A stretch of DNA of 64,000 nt from a virus: the IMG/VR virus record IMGVR_UViG_3300020583_000010, positions 62,029 to 126,028 of that record; one strand, 5' to 3'. The position numbers were made by a program, and so were the translations under genes. Shown piece by piece: positions 18,290 through 28,145 of the stretch. The first letter of the stretch is position 1; every line of letters begins with the position of its first letter. The notes beneath the pieces are model-generated. The model saw nothing but the letters and a program-made list of their open reading frames with translations, was not told the DNA's origin and made no database searches.

Positions 18290-19732
18290 TTACAGTCCCA
18301 ATCCTAGATTTAGTAATGCTGTATTAGCAGCATGTTGTGTTCTGCCTGAGTCAGTGTAAAAGCAAGTGGCATAATCTACATCAATATCAAAAGGAGGTGC
18401 TTGCTCTCCATCACGCCATTTAACTACTGACATTGATAGTTTATTACGTTGTTGAGACTCTAGTATTCCTATAACACCATCAGCATAGCGCTCAGCATAT
18501 GAAGTCTCAGCCAGAGCTGACATTCCATAGTAACCTTCTCTGTCTGCGTCTTCCTTTGCCTTACGGCTAGCCTGCCAAGGAGACACCACAGCCAGTCCAT
18601 TGCCGTTGTCAAATGTTTTTGCTAAGATCATAGCCTGTTCGATGCGCTCATTTAGTTGCTCGCGATCAGAAGCTCGTCTAGTTTCTGGTTTAAGAATGTA
18701 TAAAGCGTCTACTATCAGCAAGTCTATAGGAAATTCTCGCTGTATTGCCTGAAGTCTTACTTTCATACCATTGACAGTCATAGACTCTGACGCCTGCATG
18801 ACTCTTAGTTTGCCATAATCTTCACTATGAGAGAAGTCATGTACTACTTCACGTAATTTTTCTTCAAGCTCTGCGTCTAGATTACCTCTTTTTAGATCTA
18901 GAGAGTTCAATCCTTCTGCTAGTCCGAATTTCTTTAATCTGGAATGTCTTGATACTAGTTTTCTTCGTATCTGTGACCTCAAAGTCTCTGTGGTCACATA
19001 AACTACATTCTTTTTCTGCCTTACAGCGGCCTGCCATGCTAGTTGACAGCACAATGAACTTTTTCCAGCACTTGCATAGCCTAAAATAAAGTCCAATTCT
19101 CCAGGCTGTAGACCTCCAGTAATAGAGTCTAACTTAGGAATGCCGAATTCAATACCTGAGAACTCTCCTGATAGAAAACTTTCCTTCTTACTCTCATACT
19201 CAGACAGCATGTCGTCTTCTTCTTCACGGATATCACCGTCTGGAGCCTCTTGTACTGTGAGTCTTTGGTCAATAACCCCTAACTGAGCCATAACATACTC
19301 TCTAGCGGCTTCATGCCCTTTAACTTCATTACCCTTGGAGTCTTCTATACCTCTTGTTAGTATATCCATGCCCTGCTTAAAGGTACGTTTTACACTAGAC
19401 TGGGCATATAACTCATTTAACTGGTGCAGTGACCACTTAAAGTCAGACTCTGAGGACTTCTGGCTCATTAAAGAGTCATATGTAGTCTGATATAATATTA
19501 CCTTATTAGTCTCAGCAGACGGCAACTTTGCCAGTATTGCCTCAATGGCATTCTTAGTAAGAACATCTCCTGCATAGTCATAGTACCACTTAAACATTTT
19601 AAAGAAATGGCGCCATCTATCCTCTGGAAAATGATCCTCTGTAAGTTTTGTCAGCACTGTTTCTAGAAGATCCCTGCGGTCAGGAACTACCGCAGAAAAA
19701 AGTGCCCTAGCGTGGTCAGAAGAATCTACCAC
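18290..19732 (-). CDS. dnaB: DnaB-like replicative helicase
   Basis: TGGLQPGEL..GYASAGKS, VYVTTE, LLIVDAL, SPWQASR, ERYAD, VKWRDG. Confidence 0.9.
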   Translation of the reverse strand: MVDSSDHARALFSAVVPDRRDLLETVLTKLTEDHFPEDRWRHFFKMFKWYYDYAGDVLTKNAIEAILAKLPSAETNKVILYQTTYDSLMSQKSSESDFKWSLHQLNELYAQSSVKRTFKQGMDILTRGIEDSKGNEVKGHEAAREYVMAQLGVIDQRLTVQEAPDGDIREEEDDMLSEYESKKESFLSGEFSGIEFGIPKLDSITGGLQPGELDFILGYASAGKSSLCCQLAWQAAVRQKKNVVYVTTETLRSQIRRKLVSRHSRLKKFGLAEGLNSLDLKRGNLDAELEEKLREVVHDFSHSEDYGKLRVMQASESMTVNGMKVRLQAIQREFPIDLLIVDALYILKPETRRASDREQLNERIEQAMILAKTFDNGNGLAVVSPWQASRKAKEDADREGYYGMSALAETSYAERYADGVIGILESQQRNKLSMSVVKWRDGEQAPPFDIDVDYATCFYTDSGRTQHAANTALLNLGLGL

Positions 19733-20272
19733 TTATACTACTTTCAATAGGTAATTAATTAGATTTTCCAAGACTTGTATGTTATCCCCCACCATACCAA
19801 GAGCACTGTTACAATTTATACACAGAATTCCTCTTATGCACTGTCCACAAGATTTCTTTCCCGAGCAACAGGAATGATCATGATCTACACTTAGAAAATT
19901 CCCGCTGTCTTCTATATATCTACCACACCCGCCAGCGCAACCTCCCTGGCTCTCAAGAATTTCTGTGTACCTTTTAAAAGAAAGTCTGTATACGCTTAGT
20001 AATTCACTGCATTGATTACATATTTTTCTAGTTCTTATGAAATTAGTACCTGGCCTAAATCTTTCACAGTCTCTATACCATTTTTCACCTTTTTCATTTA
20101 TAGGTTGAAATGATCTAGTAATTTCATGTTTTAACCTGCCATTAATGGGTGTTAATGGTTTTCCTGCCCTATACTGCTGATAATGAGTGCCACATAAGTC
20201 TTTAGCCCAGAAGATATTAGTACATCCACTAAAGCTACACGGTCTTTCTACTCGTGCATTCTTTCTGACCAC
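19733..20272 (-). CDS. Endonuclease VII-family HNH endonuclease
   Basis: VDHDHSCC..CIRGILCINCNSALG. Confidence 0.9.
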   Translation of the reverse strand: MVRKNARVERPCSFSGCTNIFWAKDLCGTHYQQYRAGKPLTPINGRLKHEITRSFQPINEKGEKWYRDCERFRPGTNFIRTRKICNQCSELLSVYRLSFKRYTEILESQGGCAGGCGRYIEDSGNFLSVDHDHSCCSGKKSCGQCIRGILCINCNSALGMVGDNIQVLENLINYLLKVV

Positions 20273-20281
20273 TTACTAACC

Positions 20282-21496
20282 TCAGTATATCATATGTAGA
20301 TTTCCCCAGCCGTCTGGGTGATCTTCTCCTACTGTCAGTGTAACTATGGCTGATTTACTATCTTGCCCAGAACCATCTACATACCATTGAGACCCGCCGT
20401 CTTCGGCAGGAAGCTGAATAAAAGATTTCTCACCTTCTGTTTTAGACATCCAATGATGCTTATGCCCCGCTATTAGAATTTTAGTTTGCCCAATTTCCTG
20501 ACAGCCATGAGCCTGATTTGCCCACCAAGTGCGCCATCCCTCTGCACCGCTCTTGAACTGGTGGCCGTGAGCTAACCCTACTGGAACCCCGGCTATATTC
20601 AAACTGATTGTAAGGTCTTGATTCTTGGGTACAACAATAGACACATGCCCATAGACATCAGGATTTTCAGCTAGTATCTCTGCTACTTGCGCGGCTACCT
20701 CTATAGACCAGCTATCTGAATTTTTTGTAGACTGCTTTCCATTTACTCTAGAAGCCTCATCATGATTTCCTGGTACTGATGTCACGATTAAGTTATCTGT
20801 AAGAGGAGCGTATGCCTTAATCTGCGCAAGCATGAACCGTCGGAACAACCTAACTTGCTCAGTTATAGTCAATGACACATTAAATGTCTGAGACGGGTAG
20901 TGTCCTGCCGTGGCTTCTATACAGTCGCCATTCCAGGGAAGGTATACATCTCCTACAGGACGACCAATTTTTCTAAGTTCCTGAAGTCTTGCTGTACCCT
21001 CATCTATTCCTCTAGAAAACCGTTCCCAAGCCCAGCGCGGGTCATCTTTTCCTATTTGTGTATCTGAAGTACAGTGCAGGTATGCTAGGTCCCCTGTATA
21101 CGACTTCTTAGTTTTTCTAGGTTTATGTTTTTTAATCTCATCAAATAGAACTTCTAGATCTAAATCTCCTCTAAAAGATCTTCGTCTAATATGGGCTCTA
21201 TAAGAACTAAGTTCCTGTATACCATCTGGAGTCTGTGCTTCCCAGCTAGAGCGTCTTACATCCCCAACAATCTCTACTTCTTCTGGGTCTAGACCCCATT
21301 TCTCAAGTAGCCCAGACCAGTCTGAAGGAGCACCTGAAGTAGGACCTGTGCGCAGCTCACCTTCATTACCGTCCCACTCTATTCCGGCTTCTTTACCGGT
21401 AGGTAGTTTACGAGTTTCACGCTGTCTTAATTTAGCATCATTATCTACTATAGGCTTAAGAAACTTCTCAGTAAACTCATCATCATAGGTAGTCAT
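20282..21496 (-). CDS. phage metallophosphoesterase (Mre11-like)
   Basis: SDTQIG, GDCIE, PGNHD, AHGH, AGHKHH. Confidence 0.85.
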   Translation of the reverse strand: MTTYDDEFTEKFLKPIVDNDAKLRQRETRKLPTGKEAGIEWDGNEGELRTGPTSGAPSDWSGLLEKWGLDPEEVEIVGDVRRSSWEAQTPDGIQELSSYRAHIRRRSFRGDLDLEVLFDEIKKHKPRKTKKSYTGDLAYLHCTSDTQIGKDDPRWAWERFSRGIDEGTARLQELRKIGRPVGDVYLPWNGDCIEATAGHYPSQTFNVSLTITEQVRLFRRFMLAQIKAYAPLTDNLIVTSVPGNHDEASRVNGKQSTKNSDSWSIEVAAQVAEILAENPDVYGHVSIVVPKNQDLTISLNIAGVPVGLAHGHQFKSGAEGWRTWWANQAHGCQEIGQTKILIAGHKHHWMSKTEGEKSFIQLPAEDGGSQWYVDGSGQDSKSAIVTLTVGEDHPDGWGNLHMIY

Positions 21497-21778
21497 TTAG
21501 TCACTTTCCCTGTAACAAGGGCAACTTCGTCTGCGGTGTTCTTGCATAGTGTATCGCCCTCCCGGATAAGCTATTTGATACAAAGCCTGTAAAAGTGTAC
21601 GACCTGAAACTGACTTATCATCTATGACAGACATTACTAGCTCTCTACGGTCTGGAGTTAAAGTATCTAAGAACTCGCCTAACTTACATTTATCCTTAGT
21701 CCAAGGATTAGATTTTCCATACGCTACTTTGGAAAATGCTTCCCAGTCTACTATAGAAGGTTCGGTCATGATCAACAC
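21497..21778 (-). CDS. small Cys/His protein
   Basis: CKL..EHRRRSCPC. Confidence 0.6.
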   Translation of the reverse strand: MLIMTEPSIVDWEAFSKVAYGKSNPWTKDKCKLGEFLDTLTPDRRELVMSVIDDKSVSGRTLLQALYQIAYPGGRYTMQEHRRRSCPCYRESD

Positions 21779-21784
21779 TGTACT

Positions 21785-22039
21785 CTACTTAGGATCATCT
21801 GTCAAGGGTCTAGCGAAGGCAGTTACTTCCGATATAAAATTATATAGGTGTCTCTCGCGACTCCAAAACTCTACTTCCACACTGTCATTATCTTCTCTAA
21901 GATATACTTCTTCTACTAACCCTCTACCTTGGACTACGTCGCCTGGAAGAAGACTTACTACCTTAACCTGGCGCCATTGTCGGCCGTGATGATCCATGTC
22001 TATAGAGTTTCGCTTGAATGGCGGAGGAATTTTTCCCAC
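21785..22039 (-). CDS. hypothetical protein
   Basis: ORF in operon. Confidence 0.55.
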   Translation of the reverse strand: MGKIPPPFKRNSIDMDHHGRQWRQVKVVSLLPGDVVQGRGLVEEVYLREDNDSVEVEFWSRERHLYNFISEVTAFARPLTDDPK

Positions 22040-22600
22040 TCAACTTACCATACTTTCCAAGTGTCTCAGGTTCTCGCGTAATTTGACTCTCACTTTATTA
22101 CTCATCAAATTATGAGGATCGTACCCAAATGCTGTCTTTAAATCTGAAATAGAACATCCTTGTAAATACTTCATCGACAAGTATTCGCGCTGTCTGTCTG
22201 TTAATGTTGAAATAGCCCGTTCAATATCTTTGCGGTAAATTGAGTATTCTATGTCTGACAATGCTATAGAACCAGGTATAGAAACATGTTCCATATTTTC
22301 TGGAGAAACACTAACAACTGAGTACTTTTTGTTGTACCTAGACATCTTCTTGCTACCGGTGGTCCATGGCGAGTCTTTAGTTACTATGTCTGCCATTTTC
22401 CATGCTGCTCTGTTTCTAACTATAGTATCTACAGAGATTTCATTATCTGTATTAAACTTCTTTAGTTCTTTCCAGACAGCTATAAGAGCTTCTTGAACTA
22501 GGTCATCTTCTGGGTATCCTGGATATCTTCTAGCCAGCGACTGCAAAAGTCCTGTACTTCGGCTAAGTATTTGATTTATATCAAAATCAGAAAGCTGCAC
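22040..22600 (-). CDS. sigma70/ECF-like RNA polymerase sigma factor
   Basis: Region 2 EDDLVQEALIAVW; region 4 LTDRQREYLSMKYLQG. Confidence 0.8.
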   Translation of the reverse strand: MQLSDFDINQILSRSTGLLQSLARRYPGYPEDDLVQEALIAVWKELKKFNTDNEISVDTIVRNRAAWKMADIVTKDSPWTTGSKKMSRYNKKYSVVSVSPENMEHVSIPGSIALSDIEYSIYRKDIERAISTLTDRQREYLSMKYLQGCSISDLKTAFGYDPHNLMSNKVRVKLRENLRHLESMVS

Positions 22601-22633
22601 TACAGTTCCTTTAGATCAGTTAGTCACTAAGAT

Positions 22634-22662
22634 AGTGTACCATAACTCTAATAGACTGTCAA
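22634..22662 (-). promoter_or_regulatory. promoter of sigma/replication operon
   Basis: TTGACA-N17-TACACT. Confidence 0.75.
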
Positions 22663-22664
22663 GA

Positions 22665-22907
22665 CTACTCTTCATGCATAGTTAAAATTAAAGACTCTTC
22701 TGGTACCAAATTTAATATTGTACTATATAGGTCAAGACAATGAGCATGCCATGTCTCTTCTGCTTCTTCCTCAATCACATCATTTAAAGTAGATTTATAC
22801 CCTCTAGTGACTGAGTAGTAACTTTCACCTGATGAGATACGAAGAAAACAGCCGAAGCACCTCAAAGTGAAGTAACCACTCAAGTTGTGAGCTTTATGTC
22901 TTGACAC
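22665..22907 (-). CDS. small Zn-binding protein
   Basis: CxxC..HxxC. Confidence 0.55.
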   Translation of the reverse strand: MSRHKAHNLSGYFTLRCFGCFLRISSGESYYSVTRGYKSTLNDVIEEEAEETWHAHCLDLYSTILNLVPEESLILTMHEE

Positions 22908-22929
22908 TAGGATAACCTCGTGCTATGTT
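22901..22929 (+). promoter_or_regulatory. promoter for plus-strand module
   Basis: TTGACA-N17-TATGTT. Confidence 0.65.
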
Positions 22930-23234
22930 CGAGCCAAGGAGTGAATAATATGATCATTATTTTTGGTGGATTTATAAGTTTTATCATAGTCATCGGCTAC
23001 GTCATGTGGTGGATGCTAAAAGGTAGCGTCTACATGCTGTTTTACCTTCTAGTAGCTATAATGTTCACAGCTATGGGACTTACTGGAACTGCTGTAGGAC
23101 TAGGCAGAGGCATCCGTGCGGCTTACAAAACACACAGCTGGTATGACTTCTTCAGAGAATTCTGGCTAGGCTTCGTGTCTGTAGTCACATGGAGGCAGAA
23201 CTCTAGACTGCCCGATAATGCTAAGGAGAGCTAG
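22920..23234 (+). CDS. membrane protein (true start probably ATG ~22950)
   Basis: Two or more hydrophobic helices; AAGGAG RBS before 22950. Confidence 0.65.
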   Translation: MLCSSQGVNNMIIIFGGFISFIIVIGYVMWWMLKGSVYMLFYLLVAIMFTAMGLTGTAVGLGRGIRAAYKTHSWYDFFREFWLGFVSVVTWRQNSRLPDNAKES

Positions 23235-23709
23235 GCTCTCCTTCTGAAAGCGAAATACTATGTTCGTAGCCGTTATCGAGATATTGAGAAGGCCTGAATG
23301 CCTGATCACTGCGCATAGCTATGACTCCCTGCTGGCTAAGTTTCGCAGTCTTCAGCGCATCGCCAGGCGTGATGGCTTCGAGCCTGATATGATACTTCTT
23401 CAAATAATTCCCGCAAAAGACTTGACAGCTGACCCTCCCTTGTGTTAGTGTTAAGTCACACATTGGTCTACTTAAATACGTGACCTATTCGTGACTGGAC
23501 AGCATAGCCAGACTCTAGACATAGAGTAAAAGATATCCGGAAGCTAGGGGCAGCCGGAATCGGAATACCAGAGCCACTCCATCTCAAGCTCAGGATTGCG
23601 ACCAGCGTCTTACTTTTAAGCTCTCAACTGGGAAGTTGACCTTGGAGGTAAGGAGGCGCATGTCGTTTTCCAAAACATCCTCTCAACAATAATCACGCGC
23701 GAGGGACTA

Positions 23710-24909
23710 ATGCACTTATCAGAATACCTTGACCTGGCCGAACTAGGCAGTGAGATTGAGAATGGCTTTATTCGTGAGGCTAAGCATGAGACTCTTCCTC
23801 TGACTCTGTATACTTATACGGAAAAAGCTCAGTATGCCGGACTATGGCCTGATGCAACGCGTAAGTGTCGTGGGTTGGTTGTCGAGGACACCGGACAGAT
23901 CATAGCTAGGTGCCTCCCGAAGTTCTTCAATTACTCTGAGCATGTGAACGGCAAAAGTTATGCACCTCCGTTAGAGCTTGAAACCGGATTGGAGTCTGCT
24001 TTCGAGATATATTCTAAAATGGATGGTTCATATGGGTCGTGCTTTTTCTATGATGACAATTGGCATGTTGCCAGTAAGGGGTCATTCCATTCAGAGCAGG
24101 CAGAATGGGCTACAAAGTATCTTCGCAGAGCTATATTTGATTCATGGGAAGATAGTCCTTTTGCAGAGAAGCGGAATGGCACATTTGATCCACTTAACAG
24201 GCAGAAGACATACGTATGTGAGATAATCTATCCTTCCAATCGTATCGTGGTGGACTATGGAAGTCTTGAAGATCTGGTTCTTCTTACAGTGTATGATACT
24301 GAGACAGGCCAGGAAGAGTTCACTGAAGATCGTAGATTAGAATGGGGTTGGGTAGGTTCTATAGTCCCCTCGTATAATCCTTGGGGTATTAATCTAGACG
24401 AGCTACAGTTGCTAGCGGAGGAGAATGTTCTTCTAGATGAGGACAATGGTGACCGTGAGGTGTCTGGAACTGCTATGGAAGGTTATGTCGTAAGACTAAG
24501 TGATGGCACCCGCGTGAAGATAAAGTTGAGTGACTACTTACGTCTGCATAAGGTGTTGACCAACTGTACAGAGAGATCTATCTGGGAAATTCTTTCTACA
24601 GGTGGAAGTCTTGATGACTTTATGGAGAACACACCTGATGAGTTCCGTGACTGGGTGAACTCTACAGTATTGTGCCTGAAAAATGACTTCGAGATGCTTA
24701 AGAATAATGTCTACCACACTTATTTCAATATTTTTCCAAAGGCGATGTCAGACGGCGGAACAAGAGCAAAGTTCGCTGCTCTCGCTAAGGACACAGAGTT
24801 TCCTTCTGCCATGTTCATGATGCTCGATGCTAGCGAGGCTAAATTAAATGAGTGGTTATGGAAGCAGATTAAGCCAGAGGCTACAAAGCCATTCACCAAG
24901 GCGGAATAG
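23710..24909 (+). CDS. T4 Rnl1-family RNA ligase
   Basis: KCRGLV, PKFFN, motif I SKMDGS, CEII, EGYVV, VKIK. Confidence 0.93.
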   Translation: MHLSEYLDLAELGSEIENGFIREAKHETLPLTLYTYTEKAQYAGLWPDATRKCRGLVVEDTGQIIARCLPKFFNYSEHVNGKSYAPPLELETGLESAFEIYSKMDGSYGSCFFYDDNWHVASKGSFHSEQAEWATKYLRRAIFDSWEDSPFAEKRNGTFDPLNRQKTYVCEIIYPSNRIVVDYGSLEDLVLLTVYDTETGQEEFTEDRRLEWGWVGSIVPSYNPWGINLDELQLLAEENVLLDEDNGDREVSGTAMEGYVVRLSDGTRVKIKLSDYLRLHKVLTNCTERSIWEILSTGGSLDDFMENTPDEFRDWVNSTVLCLKNDFEMLKNNVYHTYFNIFPKAMSDGGTRAKFAALAKDTEFPSAMFMMLDASEAKLNEWLWKQIKPEATKPFTKAE

Positions 24910-25334
24910 TGTTTACCTTAATTGTCACAGGGTCACGCTGGTCTCTGTCTGTGCCTACTCAGCTGCGTGTACGAAGTACTTTAGGCCTGGTGGCTTATAG
25001 GATGTGCCCTACTGGAGGTCTTCTGAAGCACGGGGAGGCCACAGGAGTTGATTCTTATGCTTCAGTATACTGGAATCGCCTTGGTCCTGAGTTCGCTGTT
25101 CAAGGCTTTCCCTATATCTCCTCACTAGGCAGACGAGGAGGACCTGTTCGCAATCAACAGATGGTTGATAGCGGAGCTGACTTGTGCTTGGCTTATCCGT
25201 CAGCAGGCTCTAAGGGTACCTATGACTGTGCTAATAAGGCTAAGAAAGCAGGAATACCCACTTTTATTTTAGTTAACAGCTCAGATGACGCAGAACTTGA
25301 ACACTGGTTAGTTGCCAATCAACGTCTTACGTGA
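24909..25334 (+). CDS. SLOG-superfamily (YspA/DUF2493-like) protein
   Basis: IVTGSR, HGEATGVD, GPVRNQQMVD, SKGT. Confidence 0.85.
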   Translation: MFTLIVTGSRWSLSVPTQLRVRSTLGLVAYRMCPTGGLLKHGEATGVDSYASVYWNRLGPEFAVQGFPYISSLGRRGGPVRNQQMVDSGADLCLAYPSAGSKGTYDCANKAKKAGIPTFILVNSSDDAELEHWLVANQRLT

Positions 25335-25346
25335 TAGGATAGCGGG

Positions 25347-26300
25347 ATGGACAAGGAAAATAAGCCAGTAGTACGTATAATGACAGGGCTACCTGGGTCA
25401 GGCAAGAGCACAGTAGCTAAAGAACTGCCTGGCCTGAGAGTGTGTCTTGATGACATCCGTTTAATGATGGGATGGACAAGTCAGGCTTCTTGGGATAAGG
25501 GCAAGGAAGCTGTGGCTATTGAGACCATGATGAGTGCCATAGAAGGCGCTATAGAGGAAGGTCATGACGTGATAGCTGATAATACGCACCTCACGGCTAG
25601 ACTTCCCGGAATCATGCGTAGACGTGTAGGCGGAAGAGCTACTTTCCAGGTGTGCTCTCTGCTAGATGTACCTATTGATGAGTGTATCAAGAGAGATGCT
25701 AGCCGTGAGCGCTCAGTAGGTGAGCAGGTTATTCGCAAGATGGCTAAAACTGCCTCAAAGTGGAAACTAACTGAGGAGTATATGAATGTCTGGCCAGACA
25801 TAGAGCCGGTGGGTCCCTACCTCATGGGAAAGCCTGAGTGTATAATTGTAGACCTTGATGGTACTGCGGCTATCCATAATGGAAGAGGACCTTTTGAGAC
25901 TACTAGGTGCGATGAAGACTTAGTAGACAACTCTGTGTCCTGTATTGTATTTTCTTATGACCTTATGATGGATGAGTTCCGTAAGTCCTTAGGGGATGAA
26001 CTTCAGCATAAGATAATATTTCTGTCGGGTAGAGAAGGTACTGAAGAAGTTCGTGGTAAGACACTGAAATGGCTTCTTGATGATTTTGGAGTAGCTGATC
26101 TTACCGAAGGTTGTTGGGAATTATTCATGCGAGCCGAAGGCGACAGTCGACCTGACTTCATAGTTAAGTATGAACTGTACAATAAGCATATAAGAGGACA
26201 GTTGAATCCAATATTCTCGCTAGATGATCGTAATCAGGTTGTACGACTGTGGCGTGAACTTGGTCTTAAGTGCTTGCAGACAAACTGGGGTAACTTCTAG
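25347..26300 (+). CDS. pseT: polynucleotide 5'-kinase/3'-phosphatase
   Basis: GLPGSGKST kinase plus DLDGT/SGR/DDR HAD domain. Confidence 0.93.
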   Translation: MDKENKPVVRIMTGLPGSGKSTVAKELPGLRVCLDDIRLMMGWTSQASWDKGKEAVAIETMMSAIEGAIEEGHDVIADNTHLTARLPGIMRRRVGGRATFQVCSLLDVPIDECIKRDASRERSVGEQVIRKMAKTASKWKLTEEYMNVWPDIEPVGPYLMGKPECIIVDLDGTAAIHNGRGPFETTRCDEDLVDNSVSCIVFSYDLMMDEFRKSLGDELQHKIIFLSGREGTEEVRGKTLKWLLDDFGVADLTEGCWELFMRAEGDSRPDFIVKYELYNKHIRGQLNPIFSLDDRNQVVRLWRELGLKCLQTNWGNF

Positions 26301-26311
26301 AATGGAATCTA

Positions 26312-26590
26312 ATGGCTGATGAAATTGATGACCTAGACAAGACTGAGCCAGCAATCACTTATGTTCTGTTCGAGATATCAGTAGATGATTTCTCGGGGGA
26401 AAATCCTACAGAGGAATACCTGGCCGATTATGCAGCAGACTTCGCAGCCAGCATGACTAATTGGGTTATGACAGACAGAGCTCTGATAACTTTTAAGGGA
26501 ATTCCTCTGAAGAACTTCGTATATTATGATACTGAAGAAGAACTGAATGAGGCAAAAGGCGATCATGGATACTCAGCTGAGATAGGTTAG
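26312..26590 (+). CDS. acidic hypothetical protein
   Basis: Last ORF of plus-strand module. Confidence 0.6.
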   Translation: MADEIDDLDKTEPAITYVLFEISVDDFSGENPTEEYLADYAADFAASMTNWVMTDRALITFKGIPLKNFVYYDTEEELNEAKGDHGYSAEIG

Positions 26591-26639
26591 ATTATTTCGA
26601 TTTCCAAAAACCGTTATATTGATTTAAAACAACTTGAGG

Positions 26640-26969
26640 TCATATACGGTATCGCTCATGATTGTTAGTAAGCATTACCACGAATGTATCTGATGTCATA
26701 AATCTATTACCAGGTCCCAAGATTTCTAAAACTGAGTATCCCGGACCATTCCATCCTTCAGAAAACCTGAATTCAGTATATCCTTTATGTCTCCAGATAT
26801 GCTTAGCTTCCTCCTCTGCGGCGTCCGCCGACAACCAGGTGGATATTAGTTGAGTACCTTTCCAGACCTGCCACTGTCTTCCGCTGAGTAACCTTGAGTG
26901 GAATTCAGACACCGCTCTCTGCTCATCCGGTGTTCGGAAATCCCCATAGGAATCGACAACTTCATCCAT
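26640..26969 (-). CDS. hypothetical protein
   Basis: ORF with GAGG RBS. Confidence 0.55.
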   Translation of the reverse strand: MDEVVDSYGDFRTPDEQRAVSEFHSRLLSGRQWQVWKGTQLISTWLSADAAEEEAKHIWRHKGYTEFRFSEGWNGPGYSVLEILGPGNRFMTSDTFVVMLTNNHERYRI

Positions 26970-27195
26970 TGTCTGTCATTTCCTCACTAGAGGTATTCGG
27001 AACTACAGTAGGCTTTGTGAAAACACTTTCTGGTATAACTCCCAAGGCTATAAGAAAGCCTTGAAGAGAGTTATGAGCAGCGGACAGCTGATGATAACCG
27101 CTAATCAACACTTGTAACAGCTCTTTAATAGCAGTTATTTCTTTTTCTAACTCTATGACTGTCTTGTTGTTCTTTCGATTCTGACTTGATGACAT
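26962..27195 (-). CDS. hypothetical protein
   Basis: ORF with GGAG RBS. Confidence 0.55.
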   Translation of the reverse strand: MSSSQNRKNNKTVIELEKEITAIKELLQVLISGYHQLSAAHNSLQGFLIALGVIPESVFTKPTVVPNTSSEEMTDNG

Positions 27196-27218
27196 TTTAT
27201 CTCCGAAGATAGAAAGAT

Positions 27219-27259
27219 CCCGCTATACTGAGTATAGCGGGAATCTGTCTTTAAGTCAA
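27219..27259 (-). promoter_or_regulatory. promoter whose -10 lies inside a palindrome (may double as terminator)
   Basis: TTGACT-N17-TATACT; cccgctatact-g-agtatagcggg at 27219-27241. Confidence 0.6.
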
Positions 27260-27263
27260 GTTA

Positions 27264-27506
27264 TCAGACGACTGGAGGCTTTCCCTCTACTGCGTCTGTG
27301 CCGTCTTTTACAGCTGTCTCCACGGCTGTAACGGTGTCCTTGGCAGCTGTTGACTCTGCCTTACCTTCTAGAGCCTTGAGGCGTGTCTCTACATCGCCTG
27401 CTAGCTTCTTAACCTCAGCCAGTGCCTCTTCAGCCTTGGCCTTACCTTCGGAGGCTAGTTTCTTAGCCTCAGCGGCTACCTTGCTTACAAATCCGAACAT
27501 GTTCAT
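27264..27506 (-). CDS. Ala/Lys-rich helical protein
   Basis: AE(A/V)KKLA repeat. Confidence 0.65.
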   Translation of the reverse strand: MNMFGFVSKVAAEAKKLASEGKAKAEEALAEVKKLAGDVETRLKALEGKAESTAAKDTVTAVETAVKDGTDAVEGKPPVV

Positions 27507-27743
27507 CCTCTTCTCATAGGGAGACCTCGTCAGGTCTCCTATTATTTATCGGTGCTATACACCTTATCAAGAGCTTCGTCAAGAACTCCCAAGTTATCTA
27601 ACACTGACAATCCCCACATTCCTTGGGGTTGCCATTTCCAGTATCCCTTGTCCGGGATACCGTCAGTTCTCATAGGATATATCCTACCATATCTAGGAAT
27701 ATAATCCAACTTGAGTACAGTTTTATATAGATATTTCTTCATG

Positions 27744-27989
27744 CTACTTATCCCACCACCTAACCATATCAGGGTCAGGTGGGCAAGCCCATACATAGCC
27801 CCAAGGCTTTTCTTTCTTTACAAGGCCTTTACTAGTAGGATGACCACAAAGAATTTTAGCATCATTTCCTATTTGATGAATATCAAAAGCCGTAATGCCA
27901 GAGAACGTCTCGTGACATCTTCCGCAGTGGGATGTGTTTTTTCCTTCCCACGCATTATTACACTTACCACATGAGATCGACTCAGCCAT
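27744..27989 (-). CDS. phage FDxHR-type Zn-binding protein
   Basis: CGKC..HCGRCHETFSG..AFDIH..CGHP. Confidence 0.7.
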   Translation of the reverse strand: MAESISCGKCNNAWEGKNTSHCGRCHETFSGITAFDIHQIGNDAKILCGHPTSKGLVKKEKPWGYVWACPPDPDMVRWWDK

Positions 27990-28145
27990 TAAGTTCCTTT
28001 TTCAGGTATTCAATATGAGATTTCATAGTACTGAGCGCCACCATTTCCCACACATAGAGTCTCACGAGCGGAGACTTCACTGATAAGACCAACCAAGACC
28101 CAGCAGTGAAGAACACCACCCAGAAAATAATAGCCAGTATAACCA

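Noticed and set aside
131-22496. Plus-strand ORFs over the replication block (e.g. 476-1003, 8707-8982, 13317-13676, 17452-17733)
   Set aside because: Antisense shadows of well-supported minus-strand genes
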